Source of the DNA: Minisyncoccota bacterium
GTDB taxonomy: Bacteria > Patescibacteriota > Minisyncoccia > Phycocordibacterales > UBA9973
Direction of reading: 5' to 3'
Assembly: GCA_031291825.1 (NCBI GenBank)
Contig: JARLIG010000009.1
Coordinates: forward strand, 65,281 to 129,280
DNA length: 64,000 nt
Shown here: one piece after another, positions 1-9,572 of the stretch
How positions within the stretch are numbered: the stretch's first letter is position 1
How the letters are laid out: the number at the start of each line of letters is the position of its first letter
Program-made: the position numbers and the translations under genes
Notes under the pieces: model-generated
Database searches by the model: none
Seen by the model: the letters and a program-made list of their open reading frames with translations, nothing else
What the model was told of the DNA's origin: nothing

Positions 1-9
1 GAAAATATA

Positions 10-480
10 ATGACTTCACCAGAAATATTTTTAAACGAAGGAACGATGGGAAAAATAACGCGACCAATTTTTTGGTTAATCACCCAAATCGTATCAATAC
101 TACCCTGGAACCCAAAACCACGTGGTCATGTGGATTATTCAAAATATATAAATGTATCTGAATGGGACATCAGACGAAACTGGGCAGATATGAGCAACAC
201 CGGACTCCGAGCACATATGTACACCTTACGACATTCCTTTAAAAAGGAACAAGAATATGCTTTACAAAATATTTCTGTACCGACCTTAATCATTCATGGA
301 GAAAAGGATGGGATGGTGCCGGTTAAAAATATTCTCAGCCTAAAAGAAAAAATTCCAAACGCAGAAATGATAATTATTCCAAACGCCACTCATGATTCCG
401 CCCGCAATAACTCAAAAGAAATATCAGAAGCCATCGAGTCCTTCATTGATAAAAATAAGGCAAACTTCAAATTTTCCTAA
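10..480 (+). CDS. alpha/beta-hydrolase fold protein, C-terminal part (probably 5'-truncated by the window edge)
   Basis: ORF-track translation has a hydrolase C-terminal core (LIIHGEKDGMVPV, IPNATHD carrying Asp/His of the triad); no N-terminal nucleophile elbow is visible, so the gene probably starts upstream of the window. Confidence 0.45.
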   Translation: MTSPEIFLNEGTMGKITRPIFWLITQIVSILPWNPKPRGHVDYSKYINVSEWDIRRNWADMSNTGLRAHMYTLRHSFKKEQEYALQNISVPTLIIHGEKDGMVPVKNILSLKEKIPNAEMIIIPNATHDSARNNSKEISEAIESFIDKNKANFKFS

Positions 481-507
481 AAACTACTTATTTGTTATAC
501 TATTCGG

Positions 508-1146
508 ATGCAGTCTTATAAAAAATATTTAACCGATAAAAGTTTTCTTATTTCCCTAGCAAGTGGGGCTGTTCTTTTGGGATTAAGTCTGGTAGCTCAA
601 TTTTTCATAAACGGCTATGTGACAAACGCTTCTAGTTCACCCGTCACGGATATTATCTTGAGTAACACTAGAGTCTATGACGTAGATGGCATATTTGTTT
701 GGGGGGCAGTCCTCTTAGCTTTTATTGCTGTTTTTGTAGGAGTTACTCACATTAAATGCATGCCTTTTGGGTTAAAAAGTGTGGCTGTTTTTGTTTTAAT
801 CAGGTCGGTTTTTGTCAGCCTGACGCATATTGGTCCGTTTCCAACACACGTCCTAATCAGCTCAACATTTTTCAACCGAGAAGCTTTTGATGGTATTTTT
901 ACTGGCAACGACCTTTTCTTTTCAGGACATACCGGACTTCCCTTTCTACTTGCTCTGATGTTTTGGGATGATAAAATGTTACGTTACATTTTTCTTGGAT
1001 TTTCTCTGATTCTTGGAACAGCGGTGTTGCTTGGGCACTTACATTACTCAATCGATGTTCTCTCCGCTTTCTTTATTACCTATGCGATTTTCGATATTTG
1101 TAAATTCTTATTCAAAAAAGATTGGGCCAGATTTAAAACAGAATAA
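508..1146 (+). CDS. PAP2 / sphingomyelin-synthase-like integral membrane phosphatase-transferase
   Basis: Multi-TM ORF with SGHTG and HYSIDV motifs that match PAP2_C C2/C3 signature boxes. Confidence 0.45.
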   Translation: MQSYKKYLTDKSFLISLASGAVLLGLSLVAQFFINGYVTNASSSPVTDIILSNTRVYDVDGIFVWGAVLLAFIAVFVGVTHIKCMPFGLKSVAVFVLIRSVFVSLTHIGPFPTHVLISSTFFNREAFDGIFTGNDLFFSGHTGLPFLLALMFWDDKMLRYIFLGFSLILGTAVLLGHLHYSIDVLSAFFITYAIFDICKFLFKKDWARFKTE

Positions 1147-1170
1147 ATTATAATTAATATATATTAAAGT

Positions 1171-2379
1171 ATGAAATATTGTAAAGATTGTGAACCAGCG
1201 CAAGAAAGTCATTTTATCGCGTATACTTCGGTTGTTTTGGGTTGGATAGATGAACCAATCTTTGATTTAATGGAGAAAATTTTTAATAATCTGGCAGAAA
1301 AAATTGGAGATTTAATAACTTTGCCTTTTTTTAGATTGATGGTTTTCTTGAAACTCGGACATTGGACGGACAAGCCTAACGCTAAAGACACTTGGCGCAC
1401 AAAATGTTTTTGGGATGAAGCAGAAAAACGTGGCATAAAAATGCGCGAATTTCATTTAGGTCCAATTGGAGATGGATTCGTTGCCGAATACAAAAGCCCA
1501 CGCCAAGGCGGGGTAAAAAAAACCATAACCTTTGATGGACTACCTCGTCCAGGATTTCAAGAATCAGCTGCCTTGAAGTGGATGGACAACAAAGGCACCA
1601 TGAAAATAAAATTCTTAAAAGAAGGTTTACCGGTAGCTCCTGGCGGAGTCGCTCTGACTCAAAAGGGTGCTCTTAAAATCTTTAACCGCATCCAAAAACC
1701 AGTTATCACCAAACCAAACTTAGGTTCCCGCAGTCGACATACAATGATTCACATCAACACGGAAGAAGCTTTGATAATCGGATTTAAAAAAGCTAAAAAA
1801 CTTTCTCCACTAGTGATAATAGAAGAAGAACTTCGCGGATATCTTTTTCGTGGAACTTTAATCGGCAAAAAATTGGCTGGAGTAGTCAGACGTGACCAGC
1901 CAGAAGTCACAGGCGACGGAAAACATACCTTGCATGAATTAATGGAAGAAGAAAATAAAAGACCAGAGCGTAATGGTCCAATATTCCACAAGATAACTAT
2001 TGATAAAGAAGCAGAGGAAGAATTAAGGAGGCAAAATATAAAATTGGAAGATGTCCCAGAAACAGGCAAGGTAATCACCTTCTCACAAAAAACTAGCCGT
2101 GGATGCGGAGGCATCACCACAGAGGTTACCGACATCGTCCACAAAGATAACGTAGAAATGTTAGAACATGTGGCAAAATTTTTGGACGACCCATTAATCG
2201 GCGTAGATTTTATAATTGAAGACATTACGAAATCTTGGAAGGAAGAACAGCATTGTGGAATAATCGAGTGCAACAGTTTGCCTTTCATTGATTTGCATCA
2301 CTACCCTCTTTTCGGCAAGCCAAACAACATCGCTGGTAAGCTCTGGGATTTAACATTGCCTGAATCAAAAGTCGCATAA
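1171..2379 (+). CDS. stand-alone ATP-grasp ligase resembling the ATP-grasp module of cyanophycin synthetase (CphA-like/RimK-like)
   Basis: ITKPNLGSRSRHT...VTGDGKHTLHEL...SRGCGGITTEVTDIVHKDN...IIECNSLP pattern typical of CphA-type ATP-grasp; paralog at 60615-61643. Confidence 0.5.
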   Translation: MKYCKDCEPAQESHFIAYTSVVLGWIDEPIFDLMEKIFNNLAEKIGDLITLPFFRLMVFLKLGHWTDKPNAKDTWRTKCFWDEAEKRGIKMREFHLGPIGDGFVAEYKSPRQGGVKKTITFDGLPRPGFQESAALKWMDNKGTMKIKFLKEGLPVAPGGVALTQKGALKIFNRIQKPVITKPNLGSRSRHTMIHINTEEALIIGFKKAKKLSPLVIIEEELRGYLFRGTLIGKKLAGVVRRDQPEVTGDGKHTLHELMEEENKRPERNGPIFHKITIDKEAEEELRRQNIKLEDVPETGKVITFSQKTSRGCGGITTEVTDIVHKDNVEMLEHVAKFLDDPLIGVDFIIEDITKSWKEEQHCGIIECNSLPFIDLHHYPLFGKPNNIAGKLWDLTLPESKVA

Positions 2380-2410
2380 AATTAAAAAAAAACCGAGAAT
2401 TTTTTTAATT

Positions 2411-2908
2411 TTATGCGACTTTCTCTATCGTAATTTCTGATTTCGGATTAAAAGCATCTGGATCCATTTCAAGGTAAGATATTTGTTTTTTTTGTACCAC
2501 AAAATCTCCTAAAAATTTCAAGAAGTCTTTTGTTTTGTCTCCTTCCCCTTTTTCCTCCATATGTTCAAATGGGTGTGCTTCGGGAGTATATTCATAGTGT
2601 CCGCAAATTTCTCCATCTTTGTAAACTCGCAAATGATATTGGTCTTGAAAATCGGTCAACTTTCTCCAGCTCAATACTTGGTCTTCATCTATCCAAGCGA
2701 TAAAATGGTTACCAAAACCCCATTTTTCATTCAGATGATGTTTCAGCTCTTCTAGCGTTTTACCTGGAGCCAACCAGCCAATATGATATCTCTGCCTGCC
2801 TTTTTTATGCCAAATTATTCCTCTCTTTAAAAGGAATTGTCTAACAGGCAAAAAGAAGGTATAGATAACATCCCACGTTTTTTGTTTCACCTTATCGAAA
2901 AAATTCAT
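2411..2908 (-). CDS. hypothetical protein
   Basis: 165-aa ORF with no recognisable motif; flanked by an A/T palindrome (2380-2410). Confidence 0.35.
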   Translation of the reverse strand: MNFFDKVKQKTWDVIYTFFLPVRQFLLKRGIIWHKKGRQRYHIGWLAPGKTLEELKHHLNEKWGFGNHFIAWIDEDQVLSWRKLTDFQDQYHLRVYKDGEICGHYEYTPEAHPFEHMEEKGEGDKTKDFLKFLGDFVVQKKQISYLEMDPDAFNPKSEITIEKVA

Positions 2909-2944
2909 ACCAACAATATAGCACAGATATTAATTTTTTATAAA

Positions 2945-4549
2945 TTATTGAAAACTACAGTTATTATCTAACGGCAAAGCAAGAGTGTTGAAAATATTCT
3001 GACAAATATTTTCAATGTCAGGCGTTTTAGTAAAAGTGTGGTCTTCACCTGCGTATGGAATAAACTGAACATTTTTTCCAGCTGTTTGTAGTGCGTTGTA
3101 AAGTAAGTTTGCCTGCGACGGAGGAACAGTTTTATCTGCTTGTGATTGCATTAAAACAACTTTTTGATTGGTCAAATTAGAGATGCGGGAAAGAATTGAT
3201 GCTTTGGCATAGAGCGCCGCATTACTTTTTCCAGGCAGGCCACCAAAATCAACATTGAAGATGGAGGTTCTTAACAGCTTAAGCATCACCGCCCAATCAG
3301 TGACTCCATTAATTGAAATTGCGCCACTAAATTTTGCAGGGTAAGCCATGAGACTACGTAATGCCAAATAGCCACCATAGCTATTCCCTAGTAAATATGT
3401 GTCAGAGATGGACATGTCTTTTTTTACTACGGAAAGTGCATTGACCACATCTGTCACATCACCCTTACCGACATTTTTTAAAATTTCTTTCGAATAAGCA
3501 ACACCATAGCCATAGCTTCCGCGATAATCCAATTTCAAAACAGCAACGTTATTTTCTGCTAACTGATTTAAAATCAGATCGTAAACTGCGTAACTGGCGT
3601 AATCATGATAGCCCAAGCTTGTTTGCCTGTATGGACCACCGTGTAGCCAAATCACCAGAGTATGCGGTGAATTTTTATCAAAATTAAGTGGAGTCATCAA
3701 AACTCCATGCATTCCTCCACCAAAATATATATCTGCACTATTTACGTCTACCGTAGTATTATCAGGAACAATTCCGGAAAAATTTTGTATTTGATTAGTA
3801 GTAGTATTATAAAATTCTGGGAAAGAAGAAGCTCCCTTGATGACAAAAAATGTTATGCCAGTATTCCAATTTCTTATTTTGAAAGCATAAGAAGCATTTT
3901 CCGTAATTATGGATGTAATCTTGGTTGTAAAATCATATTTATATAAATCCCATTCATAAGGACTCGCTTTGTTGGAAATAAAATATAAATTATTGGCAGT
4001 GGCTAAGTCAAAACCATTGACGGTAGTAGACTTCGAAAAAATTTTAATTCCTTTAAAGGCCTTACCTTTGAGCGTCGTCAAATCAAGCGAATAAAGAACT
4101 GGGTAACCACTCGAATCATCTTGATAAACCATCCGTGTTCCATCTGGAGAAAATGACACAATAGTTCCCTCGTCGCCCAAGGTATCCCAAGAACTGAGTT
4201 TATAACTTCGGGTGTAGGTTTTACCAGTCTGGTTGTCTGTCAGATATAAAGTTCTGAGGTGAACATTATTTTTAAAAACAGAGCTAGTAGTATAACTAAA
4301 ACGAGATGTGCTAGGAGTTCCAGTCGGCAACGTCGGCTCGGTTTTTCCTAAATCATTACAAGAAAGTGTGCTGACAGTGCAATTATAATAATCTGGTGTG
4401 TCGGTATTTCCATATTTAAGGATAAAGGAATCAGTCGTTTGCGAGAGAATATCTCCATAAGTAATTCCTGTGGCAAAAGAAAGCAGCGGAGAAAAAATTA
4501 TCATTCCCAAAATAAGAAGCTTATATTTATATTGTACCAAAAATCCCAT
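2945..4549 (-). CDS. secreted S9-family serine peptidase (prolyl oligopeptidase/acylaminoacyl-peptidase-like, beta-propeller plus alpha/beta hydrolase)
   Basis: N-terminal signal peptide; WLHGGP and GNSYGGYLA (GxSxGG nucleophile elbow); C-terminal Asp/His region. Confidence 0.7.
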   Translation of the reverse strand: MGFLVQYKYKLLILGMIIFSPLLSFATGITYGDILSQTTDSFILKYGNTDTPDYYNCTVSTLSCNDLGKTEPTLPTGTPSTSRFSYTTSSVFKNNVHLRTLYLTDNQTGKTYTRSYKLSSWDTLGDEGTIVSFSPDGTRMVYQDDSSGYPVLYSLDLTTLKGKAFKGIKIFSKSTTVNGFDLATANNLYFISNKASPYEWDLYKYDFTTKITSIITENASYAFKIRNWNTGITFFVIKGASSFPEFYNTTTNQIQNFSGIVPDNTTVDVNSADIYFGGGMHGVLMTPLNFDKNSPHTLVIWLHGGPYRQTSLGYHDYASYAVYDLILNQLAENNVAVLKLDYRGSYGYGVAYSKEILKNVGKGDVTDVVNALSVVKKDMSISDTYLLGNSYGGYLALRSLMAYPAKFSGAISINGVTDWAVMLKLLRTSIFNVDFGGLPGKSNAALYAKASILSRISNLTNQKVVLMQSQADKTVPPSQANLLYNALQTAGKNVQFIPYAGEDHTFTKTPDIENICQNIFNTLALPLDNNCSFQ

Positions 4550-4599
4550 TTACAAAGTATAACACAGTGAGAAAAATGACTTCTGGAAGTGGTGAATAT

Positions 4600-5709
4600 T
4601 TATGGACACAATGCACCGCTTAGAAAAACTGACGTAGTGTGGCCTGGACTAACTGAATCCACACACCAATTTTCTGAATTCGGGTTTGAAAAATTTACTC
4701 CGACAGCAAAAGTTTTTTCACTATCTTTGCAAACAAGATTTGTTCCACCTATTTCTTTTAGTTGATTAAGTCCAACCTCACCTTGCTTTGATAGACAAAA
4801 TCCGGAATATGAGGGTGTACTTTGAGGAAGCTGAAAACTAGCTGCTTCCGCACGAATATTGTTTAAATTCGCCTGTATTGATACTTCTTGTTGAGTAAAG
4901 TCTTGGAGCTTGTTAGCAATCATCGTAAATGCGGTTGTGTTTGCAATACCTGATACGCCAAGTTGGTCACCAACTAGAATCCTATACCTGACTGGATTTT
5001 TTCCAATTTGTGGAATAAATGTAGCATTAGTAATATCAACGTACCAATTATTACCAGAGTTTGAAACAACTATTGTATTTCCTGAAACAGAAACTAGTGT
5101 ACCCACTAATTGCGTAATGCCATTATTGCTAGTAATAGTTGAAATAGGTGTATTCGGTGTCGGTGTTACAGAAGTTGTGGGAGTTGGAATAGGAGTTGTT
5201 TGTGTTGGTGGTTGAGTCGTAATTGGAGACGTAGTTGGAGTTGGGATAGTTATTGGATTTGTAGTGACTACTGCTTGTGGTTCCGTAGGTGTTATTACTT
5301 TACTCGGAAAAAACTTTTTTATAATCGGCAAATTTACTAACTTATCTTTATAATAATAAGCAGAGACTCCTCCACCCGCTAATAAAAACAATACTAGTAC
5401 AAGAAAAAACATCTTACCACCAGAATGTTTTTTTATTTGAACTGGAGAAGAAGTTATAGGTTGATTTATGTTTTTATAGGAAGGTGGAATAAATGTATTT
5501 GGAGTTGTTGAAGGAAGAACAGAAACTGGGGCGACAACTACGCTCGGTGTTATGGGAGGGATAGCAGCTGGAATTACAATTGCGCTAAATCCTTCTTGGA
5601 TATCTTGCGCCGTCCAGCCGTTAGCTAGAAGGTCGCTAGTAATTTTTTCTTTAGGTAAACCTTTTGATAATTGCTGCCTAATAAAGTCTAACAATTGTTG
5701 GTTGGTCAT
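4600..5709 (-). CDS. hypothetical membrane-anchored protein with Thr/Pro-rich linkers
   Basis: Small N-terminal domain, one TM helix (FFLVLVLFLLAGG), long T/P-rich low-complexity segments, C-terminal Cys-containing domain. Confidence 0.4.
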   Translation of the reverse strand: MTNQQLLDFIRQQLSKGLPKEKITSDLLANGWTAQDIQEGFSAIVIPAAIPPITPSVVVAPVSVLPSTTPNTFIPPSYKNINQPITSSPVQIKKHSGGKMFFLVLVLFLLAGGGVSAYYYKDKLVNLPIIKKFFPSKVITPTEPQAVVTTNPITIPTPTTSPITTQPPTQTTPIPTPTTSVTPTPNTPISTITSNNGITQLVGTLVSVSGNTIVVSNSGNNWYVDITNATFIPQIGKNPVRYRILVGDQLGVSGIANTTAFTMIANKLQDFTQQEVSIQANLNNIRAEAASFQLPQSTPSYSGFCLSKQGEVGLNQLKEIGGTNLVCKDSEKTFAVGVNFSNPNSENWCVDSVSPGHTTSVFLSGALCP

Positions 5710-5744
5710 GGCTTTATTGTATCAAAAATTTTTAGTCAATGCAT

Positions 5745-5834
5745 TGGCGGAGAGAGAGGGATTCGAACCCTCGGTCCTTTTAAGGGGACGACAGTTTAGT
5801 AAACTGTTGGTTTAAACCACTCACCCATCTCTCC
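5745..5834 (-). tRNA. type II (long variable arm) tRNA, Ser-like, apparent anticodon ACU (unusual)
   Basis: Reverse complement folds as GGAGAGA/TCTCTCC acceptor, GGGTTCGAATCCC T-arm, 3-bp D-stem, long variable arm, G73, encoded CCA; anticodon stem ACAGT/ACTGT with loop TTACTAA. Confidence 0.65.
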
Positions 5835-5914
5835 AACATAAAAGGAGTATATCACATAAAAAATGGAAAAATAGTCTAAATATGCTAGAGTAATTAAGTT
5901 ATTAAAAGTCAAAA

Positions 5915-6005
5915 GGAGCCGTGTCAGAGCGGTCTAACGTACCTCTTTGCTAAAGAGGCAGGGGCTTCAAAACCCCTCGACGGTTCGAATCCGTCCGGCT
6001 CCGCC
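5915..6005 (+). tRNA. tRNA-Ser (GCU)
   Basis: GGAGCCG acceptor, anticodon stem CCTCT/AGAGG with loop TTGCTAA, long variable arm CAGGGGCTTCAAAACCCCTCG, GGTTCGAATCC T-loop, G73. Confidence 0.85.
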
Positions 6006-6040
6006 CTAAATACAAAAGCACCCCGTAGGGTGCTTTTAGT

Positions 6041-6448
6041 TTATTTTGCTTTTTTCTTTTTAGCCCCGCCCGTACGGCTATGGCCGAGGGAAACTTTAGC
6101 TGGCTTTTTTACTGGCTTTTTAGCAGCACCTTTCCATTCTCCTTTTAATTTTTTTGCAAAAGCTTTAATTTCTTTTTCGTGGGCTACATATTCTTTGGCA
6201 TAGTTTTCTGAAACAATATCAACGGTCTTGTGATATATAGGCGTACCAACTTCTTTCGCCTTCTTAACTTCAACCTCTACTTCTTTCTTAATCTTTGTGA
6301 ATAAAGCTGAAGCCTTCTTTTGATGAGCTTTAGCTTTTGGTCCTAATAAATAATATGCTCCAGCGCCAGCTGCGCCAAGCGCGGCCACTCCAACTAAAAC
6401 CTTGCCACCAGATATTCCACCCTTTTTATGCTTTATTACTTTTTTCAT
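6041..6448 (-). CDS. YtxH-like (DUF948-type) lysine-rich protein with one hydrophobic segment
   Basis: GGKVLVGVAALGAAGAGAYYLLGPKAKAHQKK motif, Lys-rich coiled-coil/H1-like tail (AAKKPVKKPAK...KKKKAK). Start taken at the MKKVIKHKK Met because the longer ORF (to 6553) would run through a conserved intergenic motif. Confidence 0.4.
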   Translation of the reverse strand: MKKVIKHKKGGISGGKVLVGVAALGAAGAGAYYLLGPKAKAHQKKASALFTKIKKEVEVEVKKAKEVGTPIYHKTVDIVSENYAKEYVAHEKEIKAFAKKLKGEWKGAAKKPVKKPAKVSLGHSRTGGAKKKKAK

Positions 6449-6461
6449 ATTTATATTGATT

Positions 6462-6506
6462 TGATTTTGCGAAATCATGTCGCGCAACCGTCCATTTAGC
6501 GCGACC
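6462..6506 (+). repeat. conserved intergenic motif (copy 1): TGATTTTGCGAAATCATGTCGCGC-loop-GCGCGAC
   Basis: Near-identical copies at 18990-19031 and, in inverted orientation, at 60064-60108. Contains the palindrome TGATTT-TGCG-AAATCA plus a GTCGCG...CGCGAC hairpin with a variable loop. Confidence 0.7.
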
Positions 6507-6521
6507 TTATTAATAATAATG

Positions 6522-6773
6522 TTAACTTTTTCGACTTTTCTTTTTTTTGCCAAAAAGAAATTTAAAGAAAATATTTTCTCTCATTTCACTCAACAACTCT
6601 TTGGTTGTGTCTCCGATGTTGTTTATATCTTTCTCAAACTTTTCCATAATTCTGGAAAAAGCTCCGGCCGCGCGAATTAAATAAATCAACAGGACCGCTG
6701 TTAAAAACCACAAAACTAGAAATCCAACCGAAGAGATGAAAAAGAAAACTTGTGATTGTAGAAGTGTATCCAT
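6522..6773 (-). CDS. small membrane protein (possible YtxH/DUF948-like)
   Basis: 83-aa ORF with one TM then a charged helical tail (MEKFEKDINNIGDTTKELLSEMREN). Confidence 0.3.
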   Translation of the reverse strand: MDTLLQSQVFFFISSVGFLVLWFLTAVLLIYLIRAAGAFSRIMEKFEKDINNIGDTTKELLSEMRENIFFKFLFGKKKKSRKS

Positions 6774-6810
6774 GGGTGTATTGTACTCTGTTTAGTTATA
6801 TAATTCAAAC

Positions 6811-9006
6811 ATGGAACTCGCCGATAAATTAGAAACAAAATTTCGTTTGGACATAAACCAGAAAAAAGCCTTGCAACGGCTGAAGATTTTTTCAGTGGCA
6901 GATTTACTATTTCACTTTCCTACCCGCTATAGTGACATGAGCGAGATAAAGAACATTGCCGAGCTAACGTCAGGAGATATGGCAACGGTTTATGGAAAAA
7001 TTTCAAAATTAAAAACCAAAAAGGCTTTTCGTTCAGGTCGGCCAATGGGTGAAGGCGAGATTGAAGACTTGTCAGGAAAAATAAAAATAACTTGGTTTAA
7101 CCAACCATACCTAGCCAAGATGATTCATGACGGTGAAAGTGTAAAATTAACAGGCAAAGTCACGCAAGGCAAAAATGGTATTTATTTAGCAAACCCAGAA
7201 TCTGAAAAATTACCTTACATGCCGATTGATTCACATGATACTCTTTTTACCAAAGATAGTATTTCAAATGAGGGATTTTCTTATCCAATTTATGTAGAAA
7301 CTCGCGGGATTACCTCAAAATGGTTCTATCACGCGCTAGACAAAGTCTTTAAGGAAAAAACATTAGATACTATTGAAGACTACATTCCATCTGAAATTTT
7401 AAATAAATATCATCTGCCTACATTAAAAACCGCGCTCATTTGGATTCATAAACCAAAAAATAAAAACGACGCCGAGTCAGCTAGAAAAAGATTCGCCTTT
7501 GAAGAAGTATTTTGTATTCAGTTGGAACGTCAGCACGACAAGATGGAATTCCGAAAGAATAAATCTTTTCAAATTAAACCAACCGAAGAAGATGTTAAAG
7601 AATTTTTACAAAGATTTCCCTTTGAACCAACTAATTCGCAAAAAAAATCCATTGAAACAATTTTGGCAGACATGGCAAGAAACTTTCCAATGTCTCGCCT
7701 CTTGGAAGGAGACGTTGGCTCCGGCAAAACTGCAGTGGCTGCGACCGCGGCTTACGTGGCAGTGCAACAACGACCGGAAGATAAGAATGGTAAAATACAA
7801 ACTTTTGGCAATTTACAAGTGGGCTATATGGCGCCGACAGAAATATTGGCCACCCAACACTTTGAATCTTTCATCCAATATTTTAGACATCTACCAATCA
7901 ACATCGGGCTCATTACTGGCAGTGGTTGCCGTAAATTCCCAGCAAAAACAATCGGCCCCGCCAAGGACGGGGTAAATTGGACCACTATTTCCCGTGCGCA
8001 ACTTTTAAAATGGGTCGCAAGTGGTGAAATTCCAATTTTAATCGGCACTCATGCTCTGATTCAAAAAACTGTTAAATTTAAAAATTTAGCTTTAGTGGTA
8101 ATAGATGAACAACACCGTTTCGGCACTGCTCAAAGAAGAAAACTGGTCCGCAAGGATAATATTGCCCCACACCTCCTTTCGATGACAGCTACACCCATTC
8201 CCCGCACACTCGCGCTAACCATCTATGGCGATTTGGATTTGTCTCTATTAAGTGAAATGCCTAAGGGAAGAAAAGAAATTATTACCGAAATAATTACTCA
8301 GAATAAAAGGCTGGAGACTTATGAGAAAATTCGCGCCGAGCTTCAAAATGGCCGACAGCTTTATGTCATCTGTCCGAGAATTTTTGAAGCTGATGAAGAA
8401 GCAACATCTACTCAACTTGAACTGAAATCTGTCACCTCTGAAGCTAAACGTTTAAAGAAAGAAGTTTTTCCAGAATATGAAATTGGAATTTTGCACAGCA
8501 AAATGAGCAAGGAGAAGAAAGAGCGTGTGATGGAAGATTTTACTTCAGGAAAAATAAATATTTTATGCGCCACGTCAGTGGTGGAAGTCGGAGTGAATGT
8601 ACCAAACGCCACCATCATCATCATCGAAGGTGCAGAACGTTTTGGACTCGCTCAACTGCATCAACTGCGCGGACGAGTCATCCGTAGTTCACACCAAGCT
8701 TATTGTTATATTTTTGCCGATGCCAAAAGTGAAAAGACGATTGCCAGATTAAAAGCTCTAAAGACTGCCAAGAATGGTTTTGAGTTAGCGGAGTTAGATT
8801 TGACCCTACGTGGCGCCGGAGAGCTCGGAGGCACGAAGCAATGGGGCATCACCGACCTCGGAATGGAAGCAATTAAAAATATAAAAATGGTGGAAGCCGC
8901 TCGCACTGAAGCAGTCGCTTTGATAGAAAAAGACCCAGAGCTTTTAAAATACCCTTTGCTAAAAGCTAAGGTAAAACAAAAGACATCTGAATTCCATTTC
9001 GAATAA
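6811..9006 (+). CDS. recG: ATP-dependent DNA helicase RecG
   Basis: Wedge domain followed by DEAH helicase motifs (GDVGSGKT, DEQHRFG, SMTATPIPRT, HQLRGRV); -10 TATAAT sits 6 nt before the ATG. Confidence 0.9.
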   Translation: MELADKLETKFRLDINQKKALQRLKIFSVADLLFHFPTRYSDMSEIKNIAELTSGDMATVYGKISKLKTKKAFRSGRPMGEGEIEDLSGKIKITWFNQPYLAKMIHDGESVKLTGKVTQGKNGIYLANPESEKLPYMPIDSHDTLFTKDSISNEGFSYPIYVETRGITSKWFYHALDKVFKEKTLDTIEDYIPSEILNKYHLPTLKTALIWIHKPKNKNDAESARKRFAFEEVFCIQLERQHDKMEFRKNKSFQIKPTEEDVKEFLQRFPFEPTNSQKKSIETILADMARNFPMSRLLEGDVGSGKTAVAATAAYVAVQQRPEDKNGKIQTFGNLQVGYMAPTEILATQHFESFIQYFRHLPINIGLITGSGCRKFPAKTIGPAKDGVNWTTISRAQLLKWVASGEIPILIGTHALIQKTVKFKNLALVVIDEQHRFGTAQRRKLVRKDNIAPHLLSMTATPIPRTLALTIYGDLDLSLLSEMPKGRKEIITEIITQNKRLETYEKIRAELQNGRQLYVICPRIFEADEEATSTQLELKSVTSEAKRLKKEVFPEYEIGILHSKMSKEKKERVMEDFTSGKINILCATSVVEVGVNVPNATIIIIEGAERFGLAQLHQLRGRVIRSSHQAYCYIFADAKSEKTIARLKALKTAKNGFELAELDLTLRGAGELGGTKQWGITDLGMEAIKNIKMVEAARTEAVALIEKDPELLKYPLLKAKVKQKTSEFHFE

Positions 9007-9007
9007 T

Positions 9008-9565
9008 CTATTTATAGTTAGGTTTAATTTCTTCTGCACCTTCAATATGGCTAGAAATTCTAGCTAGGGCATACAGCAAACTGGAAAGACGATTTAGATA
9101 AGTCATGGTCTCTGCACTGACAACAACTTTGCCTTCTTCTTTCACCGCCACCACTCGTCTTTCTGCGCGGCGGGAGAGTGTACGAGCGACATCAAAAAGT
9201 GCTCCCTCTTCCGTCGCTCCGCTTAGAAAAAAACTTTTGATTGGCGGCAAAACTTTTTCAATTTCATCAACAATACTTTCAGCTTTGGTTATTTTATCTG
9301 CAGTAATGCTTAGCGTAGAGCCAGCCACTTCCGCTTGCACGATAAATAAATTCTGTTGAATATCTAAAACAACGTCTGAAAAACTATTTGCTCCGAGAGC
9401 TGTTTTAAAAATCATTCCTGCTGTTTTCGCGCGGACTAAACCCAAAAAAGAATTGGTTTCATCGAGGGAACCAAGCGCTTCCGCCACAGAAGAACTCTTG
9501 GAAATGCGTTGGTCGCACCCAAAAGTCTTCGTTGTACCACCATCCCCTTTTCGTGTGTAAAGCAT
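9008..9565 (-). CDS. pduO: ATP:cob(I)alamin adenosyltransferase, PduO-type
   Basis: MLYTRKGDGGTTKTFG...LGSLDETNSFLGL PduO/MMAB N-terminal signature; directly downstream of nrdJ. Confidence 0.8.
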   Translation of the reverse strand: MLYTRKGDGGTTKTFGCDQRISKSSSVAEALGSLDETNSFLGLVRAKTAGMIFKTALGANSFSDVVLDIQQNLFIVQAEVAGSTLSITADKITKAESIVDEIEKVLPPIKSFFLSGATEEGALFDVARTLSRRAERRVVAVKEEGKVVVSAETMTYLNRLSSLLYALARISSHIEGAEEIKPNYK

Positions 9566-9572
9566 CGTTTAA

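Noticed and set aside
1749-2288. 179-aa minus-strand ORF
   Set aside because: Entirely antisense to the ATP-grasp gene 1171-2379; Ser/Ile-rich low-complexity translation.
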